Positions 50,843-60,609 are shown, counted from the first letter of the stretch. The stretch: DNA of 64,000 bases from Tagaea sp. (GCA_044378015.1 JBILXZ010000003.1:17931-81930); one strand, 5' to 3'. A program made the numbers and translations. Notes: a model not told the origin generated them from the sequence alone.

Positions 50843-51587
50843 TCTCGCCGCCGTTCGGGTGCAGGAGCTGGCCGCAGAAATAGCGGCTTTCGTCGCTTGC
50901 CAGAAACACGAAGGCGGGCGTCATGTCGGCGGGCTTGCCCAGGCGCCTCAGCGGCAGGGCGGCTGCATGCGCGCGTTTGGCCGCAACCGAAAGCGGATCG
51001 AAGCCCGTGTCGACGAGGCCGGGGGCGACGCCGTTCACCAGGATGCCGGAGGGTGCCAGTTCCTTGGCAAGCGCGCGCGTGAAGCCGACGAGCCCGGCTT
51101 TGGCCGTGCTGTAGGCGAGATATTCGGCGCGCCCGATATAGCCGAGCTGCGAACACACGTTTACGATGCGCCCCTGTTTTTGCCGGCGCATCAGCCCGGC
51201 GGCCGCGCGCGAACACAAGAACGCGCCGCGCAGATGCACGGCCAGCATGCGCTCCCAGTCGGCGAGCGTCGTCTTTTCCAGCTTCTGCGATTTCTGGATG
51301 CCGGCGTTGTTCACGAGGATGTCGAGCCGCCCGAAGCGTTTGCGGTGTGCCGCGAACAAGGCCGCCACGCTCGCCTCGTCGGTCACGTCGGCGCGTACGG
51401 CAATCGCCTGGCGGCCTAGACGCGCGATCGCGGCCACGGTCGCCTCGGCCGCCTTCGGGTCGGCATGCCATGCGACCGTCACGTCGGCCCCTTCGGCCGC
51501 GTAGGCGAGCGCCACCGCGCGGCCGATGCCGGTATTGCCGCCGGTCACCAGCGCCTTCATGCCGTCGAGTTTCCCCGCGTTCGCCAT
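50832..51587 (-). CDS. SDR-family oxidoreductase
   Basis: Has TGGNTGIGRA cofactor motif, NNAG, and catalytic YxxxK (YSTAKAG). Confidence 0.85.
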   Translation of the reverse strand: MANAGKLDGMKALVTGGNTGIGRAVALAYAAEGADVTVAWHADPKAAEATVAAIARLGRQAIAVRADVTDEASVAALFAAHRKRFGRLDILVNNAGIQKSQKLEKTTLADWERMLAVHLRGAFLCSRAAAGLMRRQKQGRIVNVCSQLGYIGRAEYLAYSTAKAGLVGFTRALAKELAPSGILVNGVAPGLVDTGFDPLSVAAKRAHAAALPLRRLGKPADMTPAFVFLASDESRYFCGQLLHPNGGEIMP

Positions 51588-51736
51588 TGCACGCTCCCGG
51601 TTCCCCATTGCGCGAGTCTCGCGCGATTCGGGCTGTCTGCGCAGCAGGTTTTTGGCCGCGCGCGCGCGAAAAAACCGTTGCGCAAGGCGGCGTCTGCGAC
51701 GACCCTGGCGCGCGCTTTCGAAGGAGTTGCTCCGCC

Positions 51737-52579
51737 ATGTCCGCACCGCGACGTTTCCATCTGGCCGGGGTCATGGGGTGGCCGGTGCTGCATTCGCGCT
51801 CGCCGCTCCTGCACAACCATTGGCTTGCGCAAGCCGGGCTCGAAGGCCGCTACGTGCCGCTCGAGATCCCCGTTTCCGGCCTTGCGGCGGCTTTGCGCGC
51901 TTTGCCGGCCCTCGGTTTTGCGGGCTGCAATCTTACCATTCCGCACAAGATCGAAGCGGTGAAGCTGGTCGACCGGCTCGACGAAACCGCGCGCCGCATC
52001 GGCGCCACCAACACGATCGTCGTCGAAAAAGACGGCAGCCTCTTAGGCGCCAACACGGATGCGTGGGGTTTCGTTGCGAGCGTGGCCGAAGCCATTCCGA
52101 CGTGGCGCGCCGATGCGGGGCCTGCGACCGTGATCGGGGCGGGCGGGGGGGCTCGCGCGATCGTGGACGGCTTGCTGCAGCAAGGCTGCCGCGAAATCCG
52201 TGTCGTCAACCGCACGAAGGCGCGCGCCGAGGCCTTGCGCGTCGATTTCGGCAATGCCCTCGAATCGGTCCCTTGGGAAGACCGGCATGCGGCCTTGGCC
52301 GACGCGGCGATGCTGGTCAACACGACAAGCCAAGGCATGAAGGGCCACGACGCCCTCGATCTCGCCCTCGACCGCCTGCCGCGCGACGCGGTCGTGGCCG
52401 ACATCGTCTATACGCCGCTCGCCACGCCATTGCTCGCGGCCGCGCGCGCGCGCGGCAACCCGGCCGTGGACGGGCTCGGCATGCTGATGCACCAAGCCCG
52501 CCCGGCCTTCCAGGCGTGGTTCGGCATTTTGCCCGAAATCGGCCCCGCTTTGCGCGCCACGCTCGAGGCGACGCTGTAG
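51737..52579 (+). CDS. aroE: Shikimate 5-dehydrogenase
   Basis: SD AAGGAG upstream of the ATG. Starts MSAPRRFHLAGVMGWPVLHSRSP…, with a VIGAGGGARA NADP motif. Confidence 0.85.
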   Translation: MSAPRRFHLAGVMGWPVLHSRSPLLHNHWLAQAGLEGRYVPLEIPVSGLAAALRALPALGFAGCNLTIPHKIEAVKLVDRLDETARRIGATNTIVVEKDGSLLGANTDAWGFVASVAEAIPTWRADAGPATVIGAGGGARAIVDGLLQQGCREIRVVNRTKARAEALRVDFGNALESVPWEDRHAALADAAMLVNTTSQGMKGHDALDLALDRLPRDAVVADIVYTPLATPLLAAARARGNPAVDGLGMLMHQARPAFQAWFGILPEIGPALRATLEATL

Positions 52580-52692
52580 CCGATTGCGCGCGGCGCCCGC
52601 GCCCGCTAGGCTGAAACGCATGTAAGATTGTGTCGCCGATGCAGGTGCCGCTTTTGTCGGCCCTGTCGTGGCGACCTGCAGGAGCGTTTTTG

Positions 52693-53928
52693 ATGGTGCG
52701 GCAGAGGCGACCCGAACCCGAACCCGGCGCGTGCGGCACGCGGCGCCGATTCGTGACGGGTGCGTTGGGCGCATTGCTGTCCGCCCCTGCCATTCTGCCG
52801 AGCAAAGCTGAAGCCTTTCCGCAAACGGCGCAGGGCGGCCGGAACGCGCGCGACACGGGACCGCAATTGCGGCTGGAGCGGGTTGGGGTCTGGTCGTTGG
52901 AGTGCGAGGCTGTTCAGTTCAAGTTCAGTCCGGACGGACGGTTCGTTGCCAGCCGGTTTTTGCACAATATCGTCGTGTACGAATTTCCAAGCGGACGGAT
53001 TGTTGCCCGTATTTCTAATCCCGGCGCTATGCGGTCGCTTACATTCGGATTCGGGTTTGAAGGGAAAACCTTGATCAGTTTGTGCCGTGACCGCAGTGCA
53101 GATACGCCAGCGCCCACCGAGATGGTCCAAATTTTTGATATTGAAAGCGGGCGCTTGCTTGATCGACCTGGCCCACCCCCTCTCGAATCGCGCGCGGGCA
53201 TTTTCCCATTGCATGTCGTCACGTCGCTCGATGGCCGATATGCAGCGGTTTTGCTCGCGCAAGGCGGCAAGGAAAAGGCGATCGTCGTGCTCGACACGAA
53301 GGATACGACGGTTCGCAGGGTTCTGTACCAATCTGCGCCCCGGCAAACCTTTCAAGGGGTGCTGGCGGTTTCGGGTGACGGCCTCGTTGCGGTGGCGGAA
53401 TACGACCCGGTTGGCGACAAAGTCGGCGCGCCGCAGCGTGTCGCAATTTTCGATTCGGTGCGCAATGAACGCATTGCTGACTTTGTGGGAACTCGTCAGG
53501 GAGTGGCGTCTCTGCGCTGGAGTCCCGATGGAACTTTGCTTGCGGTCGGCTCCCAGCCCTTAGCGCCACCCGCCGTAGAGCGGTCGAATGAAGGCCCTAA
53601 CGCGCCGAACTCGCCGGCGGTCCGGGATGCGGCTTGGATTTGGGATTTGCGCGAGCGTCGGACGAAGCTTTCGCTTCCCTTCGTGCATTCGCCAGTCATG
53701 AACGCTGCAATTTCGCCGGATAATTTTTGGTTGTTTACTCGACGCTCCAAGTATAGCCGTGATCTGGGCAGCGGAATGAGCGTCTGGCGCGTGTCGGATG
53801 GCGCGGAGATGTTCGCCTACGAAACGCCGGACAGCCGACTCATCAATGATGTCGCGTTTTCGCCTTCGGGCGTGCATCTCGCTTTCGCCGAAAGGAACGA
53901 GTTCAAGGTCTTTCGCGTGATTGCCTGA
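52693..53928 (+). CDS. Tat-signal PD40/WD40-like beta-propeller repeat protein (periplasmic)
   Basis: Twin-arginine motif GTRRRFVTGALGALL. Repeated FSPDG/WSPDG/ISPD/FSPSG motifs. Codon usage is atypical, with many A/T-ending codons. Confidence 0.6.
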   Translation: MVRQRRPEPEPGACGTRRRFVTGALGALLSAPAILPSKAEAFPQTAQGGRNARDTGPQLRLERVGVWSLECEAVQFKFSPDGRFVASRFLHNIVVYEFPSGRIVARISNPGAMRSLTFGFGFEGKTLISLCRDRSADTPAPTEMVQIFDIESGRLLDRPGPPPLESRAGIFPLHVVTSLDGRYAAVLLAQGGKEKAIVVLDTKDTTVRRVLYQSAPRQTFQGVLAVSGDGLVAVAEYDPVGDKVGAPQRVAIFDSVRNERIADFVGTRQGVASLRWSPDGTLLAVGSQPLAPPAVERSNEGPNAPNSPAVRDAAWIWDLRERRTKLSLPFVHSPVMNAAISPDNFWLFTRRSKYSRDLGSGMSVWRVSDGAEMFAYETPDSRLINDVAFSPSGVHLAFAERNEFKVFRVIA

Positions 53929-53964
53929 AGCCGCGCCGCCCAGTGCTGTAGCGCGCGGAGCGCC

Positions 53965-54291
53965 TCAGCCGCTGCCCAGATGCGCCGCGATACGCACGCG
54001 CTCGACGTCGGGAACGTTGAAATCGATGCGATGGCGCACCTGCATCAGCAGCTCGAGCTGCCGCAGCGAAAAGAACACGCGGCCGGCCGTGAGCTGGCGC
54101 AAGATCGGGGTCTGGTTCTTGGGCGCATCCAGGAACACCTGCTTGGCCAGCAGGCACGGCTTGCCTTGGTTGAAGCCGAGTTCGACGAACCAGCGCGCGA
54201 CCGAATTGGACCCGATATAGATCGTGCCCTCGGGGATCTCGAAAGCAGGTTCCGCGGGCACGGCCGACAGAATGTTGGCGGGGTCGGTCAT
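53965..54291 (-). CDS. Hypothetical protein (108 aa)
   Basis: The ORF has high GC3 typical of this genome. No family was recognised. Confidence 0.5.
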   Translation of the reverse strand: MTDPANILSAVPAEPAFEIPEGTIYIGSNSVARWFVELGFNQGKPCLLAKQVFLDAPKNQTPILRQLTAGRVFFSLRQLELLMQVRHRIDFNVPDVERVRIAAHLGSG

Positions 54292-54678
54292 GGCGGAACT
54301 CGAAAGGTCGGGGGAAAAGGGCGCAAGCGACGATGGCCGGTACTCTGTGGCGCGCGCGCGGCGAGTTCAAGCCTCTTGCATGCGCTGTCGTGCCCGTCGT
54401 TTCCGGCGCAAAAATTCTTGCTTTTTGAGATGATTTGTGGATAATAATCTTATGCTTTGGCAAGGCTGAGGCGGTGCTGTTTGATATGGTGAAAAAAAGT
54501 TTGGCGGCCGATCTTGTCGGCAGGCGAAATAGGCGACGAAAAAAAATCTCGCCATTTGGTCGCATAATTCAGTCAAGTATATGACGGGAATAGAAAATAA
54601 ACAGGTTACGAACGTCGCCAATTGTCGCCTTCTGGCGCCTATTGCAACCTATTTCCGCCCGCAAAAGGCTGCGCCGGT

Positions 54679-54819
54679 TCAGTTCGCAATGCGTGCGATG
54701 TGTATGCGTGACTCGTGCTGCGCTGCCCACGCGAAAACGCCTGCAAACACCTCGGCGACAAGATCGAGAAGGAAAATAAACGCAATATAGATGGCGATGC
54801 CCCAAAACAACGTCATCAT
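54679..54819 (-). CDS. Small hydrophobic ORF (46 aa, MMTLFWGIAIYIAFIFLLDLVAEVFAGVFAWAAQHESRIHIARIAN) with strong SD
   Basis: GGAGG lies 6 nt upstream of the ATG. It has one predicted TM helix and sits in a 570-bp AT-rich region. It is not in the ORF track because it is under 60 aa. Confidence 0.3.
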   Translation of the reverse strand: MMTLFWGIAIYIAFIFLLDLVAEVFAGVFAWAAQHESRIHIARIAN

Positions 54820-54864
54820 GGTTTAACCTCCATATAGGTAATTTAGTTATAATTTTAACAAAAC

Positions 54865-55710
54865 TCAAGTGAGTCCCAGCTCACTGCGCAAGACGGCCGC
54901 TGCGATCCCGGATTCGCGCAGATCGCGCAGGCTCGGCGAACCGGCACGCTTGGCGAGACGCTGGCCGTCCGAATCGGCAAGCAATTTGTGGTGATGGTAG
55001 GCGGGCGTTGCGAAGCCGAGCAGCTTCTGCAGCAGGCACTGTAGATGCGTGGCGCCGAACAGGTCTTGCCCGCGCGTAACGAGGCCGATGCCCTGGATGT
55101 GGTCGTCGACCGTTACGGCCAGATGGTAGCTCGTCGGCGCGTCCTTGCGGGCCAGCACCGCATCGCCGAGCGAGTCGGGCGGCACCGTCTGCGGTCCTGC
55201 CGCGCGGTCGTGCCAGGCGAGCGGCCCCGCGATCGCGGTCGCCGCCGCGACATCGAGGCGCAGCGCATAGGCCGCCCCGTTCGCGACGAGCTCTGCCACT
55301 TCGCTTGCCGAGCGCCTGCGGCACGTGCCGGGATAAAGCGGCGCCCCGTCTTCGCTTGCCGGATGGGGGGCCGCCCCGGCAGCGGCGATTTCGCGTTTGA
55401 TGTCGGCGCGCGTGCACACGCATTTGTAGAGCACGCCCATCGCGTCGAGTCGGGCAAGGGCGGCTCGGTAGTCGGCCATGTGTTCGGACTGGCGGCGCAC
55501 AGGCTGCGCCCACTCCAAGCCGAGCCAGGCGAGATCTTCGAAGATCGCGTCCGCGTATTCGGGTCGGCAGCGACCTTGGTCGATGTCTTCGATGCGCAAG
55601 ACAAAGCGCCCGCCGCTTGCGCGTGCGGCATCCGCCGCGAACAGCGCCGAATAGGCGTGGCCGCGATGCAGATAGCCGGTGGGCGAAGGGGCAAAGCGTG
55701 TGTCGGGCAT
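54865..55710 (-). CDS. gluQ: Glutamyl-Q tRNA(Asp) synthetase
   Basis: 281-aa truncated GluRS-like catalytic domain. The N-terminal motif is FAPSPTGYLHRGHAYSAL. Confidence 0.8.
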   Translation of the reverse strand: MPDTRFAPSPTGYLHRGHAYSALFAADAARASGGRFVLRIEDIDQGRCRPEYADAIFEDLAWLGLEWAQPVRRQSEHMADYRAALARLDAMGVLYKCVCTRADIKREIAAAGAAPHPASEDGAPLYPGTCRRRSASEVAELVANGAAYALRLDVAAATAIAGPLAWHDRAAGPQTVPPDSLGDAVLARKDAPTSYHLAVTVDDHIQGIGLVTRGQDLFGATHLQCLLQKLLGFATPAYHHHKLLADSDGQRLAKRAGSPSLRDLRESGIAAAVLRSELGLT

Positions 55711-55788
55711 CGCGCTCGTCTGTGGCAGGCTCGACTTTGAGGGGCAGGCAGGTTAGGGAATCCGGAACGGCAAAAAGGGGGCGGCGGG

Positions 55789-56451
55789 ATGGCGTTCTTC
55801 GAACTCGACGGACCGCGGGCAGGGGCGGAAAAACCCGATTCGCTGGTGGTGCTGCTGCACGGGCTCGGGGCGGACGGCAACGATCTTATCTCGCTGGCCC
55901 CGCTGTGGTCGCGGTTTTTGCCGCGCACCCATTTCGTGTCGCCGCATGCGCCTTTCCCGTGCGACATGGCGCCCTACGGCCGCCAATGGTTCAGCCTGCA
56001 GGACCGCGAGCCCGAGCGCGTCGCGGCCGGCGTGGCGGCGGCAAGCCCGATCCTCGACTCGTTTCTAGACGCCGAGCTGCAGCGCTTCGGTCTGCCGCCC
56101 GAGCGGATGGCGCTGGCGGGTTTCAGCCAGGGCACGATGATGTCGCTTTATGTGGCCCCGCGCCGCAGCCACGCGATCGCGGGCGTGCTCGGCTATTCGG
56201 GCGCCCTGGTCGATGCCGCGAGTTTCGCATCGGCCGTCCGCGCCCGCCCGCCCGTGCTGCTCGTGCACGGCACGGCCGACCCCATCGTGCCGTTCGCGCG
56301 CATGGCGGAGGCGGCGACGGCTTTGGGCGCCGCAGGCATCGCCGTTGAAACTTTGGCGTGTCCGGGGTTGCCGCATTCGATCGACGAGGCGGGGCTGCAG
56401 GCGGGGGCGGAATTCCTGCGCGATCGGCTCGGCACTGTGCCGGCGGCTTGA
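55789..56451 (+). CDS. Phospholipase/carboxylesterase-family alpha/beta hydrolase
   Basis: Nucleophile elbow GFSQG. Also LLHGLGADGND. Confidence 0.8.
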   Translation: MAFFELDGPRAGAEKPDSLVVLLHGLGADGNDLISLAPLWSRFLPRTHFVSPHAPFPCDMAPYGRQWFSLQDREPERVAAGVAAASPILDSFLDAELQRFGLPPERMALAGFSQGTMMSLYVAPRRSHAIAGVLGYSGALVDAASFASAVRARPPVLLVHGTADPIVPFARMAEAATALGAAGIAVETLACPGLPHSIDEAGLQAGAEFLRDRLGTVPAA

Positions 56452-56563
56452 AATGTCACGCCGCTGTAACCGGCCAACGCATTGCTTTCGAAGGCAAGAT
56501 CGCCTATCAAAGAAGAGCTGAAAGTGAACGTCGATTCTCGAAGCGATTAGCGGAGGGGCAGGC

Positions 56564-57217
56564 GTGGACGGCGAAGCGTTCGGGGCGTTAGCAACGAGAT
56601 TGGATCCAGCACCGCTGGATCCGCGCCGGGTTCCTTTCGCCGAAATAGGCTCGCGCAGCAGCCGCGCCGAAGCGTGCCCCGCTCTGGTTCTGAACGCCGA
56701 TTTCCGGCCGCTTTCGTATTTTCCGCTGTCGATCTGGTCCTGGCAGGACGCAATCAAGGCCGTGTTCCAGGATCGCGTTAACGTCGTGTCGGAATACGAC
56801 CGCGTGGTCCGCTCGCCCTCGCAAGCGTTCCGCCTGCCGTCGGTTATCTCGCTCAAAGAATACGTGCCTGCCGCGCGCCGTCCGGCTTTCACGCGCTTCA
56901 ACGTGTTCTTGCGCGACCGCTTCGAGTGCCAGTACTGCGCGGAAGCCTTCCCGGCGCCCGAGCTCACCTTCGACCATGTCGTGCCGCGTTCGCGCGGCGG
57001 GCGCACCACTTGGGAAAACGTCGTCACGGCGTGCTCGTGCTGCAATCTGGTCAAGGGCAGCCGCCTGCCGGCCGAGGCGAAAATGTTCCCGCGCCATCGG
57101 CCGATCCAGCCGACGTCGGCGGCGCTGCAGGAAAACGGCCGCGCCTTTCCGCCCAACTATCTGCACCAGAGCTGGCGCGATTTCCTCTATTGGGACGCCG
57201 AGCTGGAGCCGATCTAA
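56564..57217 (+). CDS. HNH endonuclease family protein
   Basis: HNH motif: FECQYC…LTFDHVVPRSRGGRTTWENVVTACSCCNLVKG. The start is a GTG. Confidence 0.75.
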   Translation: MDGEAFGALATRLDPAPLDPRRVPFAEIGSRSSRAEACPALVLNADFRPLSYFPLSIWSWQDAIKAVFQDRVNVVSEYDRVVRSPSQAFRLPSVISLKEYVPAARRPAFTRFNVFLRDRFECQYCAEAFPAPELTFDHVVPRSRGGRTTWENVVTACSCCNLVKGSRLPAEAKMFPRHRPIQPTSAALQENGRAFPPNYLHQSWRDFLYWDAELEPI

Positions 57218-57378
57218 GCCGGGATTTTTTCGGGCTTCAGATGCTTCTGCGCCGCGCGGATCACGTCGATCAGCCCTTCGCGCGAAACGCGGTCGCGCGC
57301 CATCACCGCGCGGACCATCGGATCGTCGATGAGTTCGGCCAGAGGCGGTTCGTCGTGCAGGAATCGGCGGAGGCGCAT
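57214..57378 (-). CDS. Putative small protein (54 aa, MRLRRFLHDEPPLAELIDDPMVRAVMARDRVSREGLIDVIRAAQKHLKPEKIPA)
   Basis: This is the C-terminal tail of spurious track ORF 57214..58002. It lies wholly in the coq7/HNH intergenic region. GC3 is high. No family was recognised. Confidence 0.3.
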   Translation of the reverse strand: MRLRRFLHDEPPLAELIDDPMVRAVMARDRVSREGLIDVIRAAQKHLKPEKIPA

Positions 57379-57443
57379 GCGAAGCTTATAGGCCGCCAAC
57401 CGTGGCGAAAAAGCGGCATGCGCAAGAACTCTTTGCGGCAGTT

Positions 57444-57998
57444 TCAGAGGCGCGAAGAAAGCCAGATCGCGGCGCGCGAGCCGGCTTTGATCGCGCCGCG
57501 CAGCAGTTCGAAGCCGGGGGCGGCTTCGGCGCCTTGTGCGAGCGCTTCGTCGCGATGCTCGACTTCTTCGCGGCGGAAATCCTCGAGCTGGGTTTTGAGA
57601 TCCGCTTCGCTGTCCGGCAGGCTTTCGATCTGCGCGCGGTAATGTTCGTCGATGACTTCTTCGACCGCCACCGTGCAGGCCATCGCACCTTTGGGCCCGA
57701 GCATCGCGGTGGCGGCACCCAGTGCGAAGCCGGCCACGTGCCACAGCGGCTGCAGCAAGGTGGGCCGCGCCCTGCGTTCGGGCACCAGACGTTCGAAGGC
57801 TTCGAGATGGCGGCGTTCCTGTGCCGCCATGTGCGCGATCGCGGCCCCGGCCGGACTCGTGCGGCCGAGCACGGCAAGCTGACCCTCGTAAATGCGCACG
57901 GCTCCGTATTCGCCCGCCAGATTCACGCGCAGCACGCGGTCGATCAGCTTTTCCCCGGCGGGCTCGCCAGGCAGGCCCAGATTGCGTGCGGCAGTCAT
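57444..57998 (-). CDS. coq7: Demethoxyubiquinone hydroxylase (COQ7 family di-iron carboxylate protein)
   Basis: Two ExxH motifs (QERRHLEA, EEVEHRDEA). Starts MTAARNLG. Confidence 0.8.
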   Translation of the reverse strand: MTAARNLGLPGEPAGEKLIDRVLRVNLAGEYGAVRIYEGQLAVLGRTSPAGAAIAHMAAQERRHLEAFERLVPERRARPTLLQPLWHVAGFALGAATAMLGPKGAMACTVAVEEVIDEHYRAQIESLPDSEADLKTQLEDFRREEVEHRDEALAQGAEAAPGFELLRGAIKAGSRAAIWLSSRL

Positions 57999-58486
57999 GC
58001 AAACTCTTCCTTCCAGCGCTTCAGCGCCGTCCATCCGGCCGCAACGGCAAGGATCGTCGCCACCGACATGTTATAGGCCGCCATCGACAGCCCGGCCAGG
58101 GTCCAAGCCGGCGATTCGCAACGCACGATAGGAGCTGCGAGCAAGCGCGCGCGCAGCTCCTCGAGGCTCGCCGCCGGGCCCTGGCCGCCGCCGCACGCAC
58201 TTGTTCCCTGCCACCAATGCTGCTCGACGCCGACATGGAAGCCGCCGATGCCGGCCGTCGTTGCCAAGCACAAAGCGGCTCCTGCCAGACACAGGGCCCC
58301 CGCCCGGCCCGGAAGTGCGGTGCCGAGGATCGCCAGCGGGATCGCCCCCCAATAAGGGTAGCGTTGCCAGTAGCAAAGCTCGCACGGCGCCAAACCGCCC
58401 AGATGCTGGAAGGCGAGCGCTGCGCCCAACGTGGCGGCCGCCCCGACCGCGACCGCCGCCGCCGCCATGCGCGAATTCGATTCCAT
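57995..58486 (-). CDS. Disulfide bond formation protein B family
   Basis: [13 protein letters not shown] matches the P-C-x-L-C-xx-Q-R pattern of the first periplasmic loop. 4 TM segments. An alternative start is at 58468. The track's N-terminal extension overlaps tRNA-Leu and is rejected. Confidence 0.7.
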   Translation of the reverse strand: MESNSRMAAAAVAVGAAATLGAALAFQHLGGLAPCELCYWQRYPYWGAIPLAILGTALPGRAGALCLAGAALCLATTAGIGGFHVGVEQHWWQGTSACGGGQGPAASLEELRARLLAAPIVRCESPAWTLAGLSMAAYNMSVATILAVAAGWTALKRWKEEFA

Positions 58487-58575
58487 GTCGGCGATCCTAG
58501 CTTCCGCAATCGCGAATCCCAAGGGGTTGACCCCGGCAAATTCGCCCCTATTATCGCCGCTTCGTTCGGCCCGGT

Positions 58576-58661
58576 GCCCCAGTGGCGAAACGGTAGACGC
58601 GGCAGACTCAAAATCTGTTGTCCGCAAGGACATGTTGGTTCAAGTCCGACCTGGGGCACCA
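58576..58661 (+). tRNA. tRNA-Leu (anticodon CAA), with encoded CCA
   Basis: 7-bp acceptor stem (GCCCCAG/CTGGGGC), discriminator A, anticodon loop CUCAAAA, long variable arm. 86 nt. Confidence 0.85.
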
Positions 58662-58813
58662 TCGACGGCCGAAACATTGTCGGCGATACCGAGCGCAGAA
58701 TTAAGTTTTCCGTCGCCGTTCTGAAACAAATTTGCCCGATAAAGTTCACGCGGGCGTAATCCTGCGTCCGCCATATGCCGCGTATCCCAAGCGCCTTGGA
58801 AAAGGGAACGCGC

Positions 58814-59641
58814 ATGCTGCAGATCGTCGGTCTGACCAAACGTTTCGGCGCAACGGCAGCCGTCGACGGCGTGAACCTCGAAATAGCCGCGGGTGCGATG
58901 GTCGGCATTATCGGCCGTTCGGGTGCCGGCAAATCGACCTTGCTGCGCATGATAAATCGCCTCGCCGACCCTACCGACGGGCGCATCCTCGCGGGCGACG
59001 TGGACGTGGCGAGCCTCAAGGGCACGGCGCTGCGCAAATGGCGCGCCCAATGCGCGATGATTTTCCAGCAGTTCAATCTCGTGAAGCGGCTCGACGTGGT
59101 CACGAACGTGCTCGTCGGCCGCCTTGCATATCGCAGCCTCGTGCCGTCGCTGCTGATGCAGTTCACGGCCGCCGAACGCGCGCTCGCAATACGCTGCCTC
59201 GAGCGCGTGGACATCGCCGAGTTGGCGCTGCAGCGCGCCGACACGCTGTCGGGCGGCCAGCAGCAACGGGTGGCCATCGCGCGCGCTCTGAGCCAGCAGC
59301 CGCGCATGATCCTCGCCGACGAGCCCATCGCGTCCCTCGATCCGCGCAGTGCGCGCATGGTCATGGACACGCTCGCGCGCATCAACCGCGCCGACGGCAT
59401 CACGGTCGTCGTGAACCTGCACGATCTCGACGCCGCGCGCAGCTACTGCAAGCGTATCGTCGGCATGCGCGGCGGCAAAATCGTGTTCGACGGCACGCCC
59501 GACATGCTCGACGCGGCCGCGGTGCGGTCGATCTACGGCGACGATGTTTCCGCCGAAACCGGCGCGGACATGGGCTTCTCGCGGCTCGTCGCGACGGAAG
59601 CGGCCGCCCGCGCCGACGCGCCGCACCAACTTGCGAACTGA
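58814..59641 (+). CDS. phnC: Phosphonate ABC transporter ATP-binding protein
   Basis: Walker [10 protein letters not shown], signature LSGGQQQR, Walker B ILADEP. Confidence 0.85.
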   Translation: MLQIVGLTKRFGATAAVDGVNLEIAAGAMVGIIGRSGAGKSTLLRMINRLADPTDGRILAGDVDVASLKGTALRKWRAQCAMIFQQFNLVKRLDVVTNVLVGRLAYRSLVPSLLMQFTAAERALAIRCLERVDIAELALQRADTLSGGQQQRVAIARALSQQPRMILADEPIASLDPRSARMVMDTLARINRADGITVVVNLHDLDAARSYCKRIVGMRGGKIVFDGTPDMLDAAAVRSIYGDDVSAETGADMGFSRLVATEAAARADAPHQLAN

Positions 59642-59672
59642 TCCTTTCCACCCGCCAACCAGGAGTCCAAAA

Positions 59673-60602
59673 ATGAAGACAACCCGTCGTCAAGCGATCG
59701 TCGGCGCCGCCGGTGCCGCTTTGTTCGCACCCGCCCTCGCCGCCACGCGCGCGCAGGCCCAGGCGAGCTGGCGCGCCCAGTTCCCGGTGCTGAACGTCGC
59801 CGTCATCCCGGCGGAAAACCAGCAGACCGTAATGAGCCGCTATGCGGCACTTCAGGCATATTTGGCCCGCACATTCGGCGTCGAAGTGCGCCTGTTCACG
59901 GCCACCGACTATGCGGGCATCATCGAGGCCCAGCGCGCCAAACGCGTCGAAATGGCATTCCACGGACCCGCGTCGTACGCGCGCGCATTCGAGGTCACGC
60001 AAGGCAATGTCGAGCCGATCGTGATCGAAACCGACATCAACGGCGTGGCGCTCTATCGCTCTGTTATCGTCGTGCGCAACGACAGCCCGGCCCAGAAGAT
60101 CGAAGACCTGCGCGGCAAGACGCTGGCCTTTGTCGATCCCAATTCGATGTCCGGGTTCGTTGCGCCCAACTTCTTCCTCTCCAAGGCCGGCACGCCTGCC
60201 AATACCTATTTCTCGCGCACCGGCTTTGCCGGCAGCCACGACAACGTGGCGCTGGCCGTCGTCAACGGACAGTACGATGCGGGCTTCGTGTGGTTCCGCT
60301 CTGCGTCCGACAGCGTATTCCAGCGCATGTGGGACAAGAACCTGATCCCGAAGGACTCGGTGCGCGTCGTGTGGACGTCGCCCGATATCCCGGAGAGCCC
60401 CTGGGTGGTTCGCAAGGACCTGCCGCAAGCGATGCGCGACGATCTGCGCAAGGCGATGCTCGACATGGTCAATGTCGATCCGGAAGGTTTCAAGCAGATC
60501 ACTGCGGGCAACTCGAAGGGCTTCGTGCCCGGCTCGCACGCGGTCTACGAGCCGGTGCTCGAAATGATCCGTTTCAACCAGTCGCAGCGCCGCGGGTCCT
60601 AA
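59673..60602 (+). CDS. phnD: Phosphonate ABC transporter periplasmic binding protein
   Basis: SD AGGAG. Signal/Tat-like N-terminus MKTTRRQAIVGAAGAALFAPALAA. Has the PhnD fold. Confidence 0.85.
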   Translation: MKTTRRQAIVGAAGAALFAPALAATRAQAQASWRAQFPVLNVAVIPAENQQTVMSRYAALQAYLARTFGVEVRLFTATDYAGIIEAQRAKRVEMAFHGPASYARAFEVTQGNVEPIVIETDINGVALYRSVIVVRNDSPAQKIEDLRGKTLAFVDPNSMSGFVAPNFFLSKAGTPANTYFSRTGFAGSHDNVALAVVNGQYDAGFVWFRSASDSVFQRMWDKNLIPKDSVRVVWTSPDIPESPWVVRKDLPQAMRDDLRKAMLDMVNVDPEGFKQITAGNSKGFVPGSHAVYEPVLEMIRFNQSQRRGS

Positions 60603-60609
60603 CAGCGCG

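Noticed and set aside
58487-58633. N-terminal extension of the DsbB-like ORF in the track
   Set aside because: It overlaps the tRNA-Leu(CAA) gene on the opposite strand. An internal ATG at 58486 gives a normal-length DsbB.
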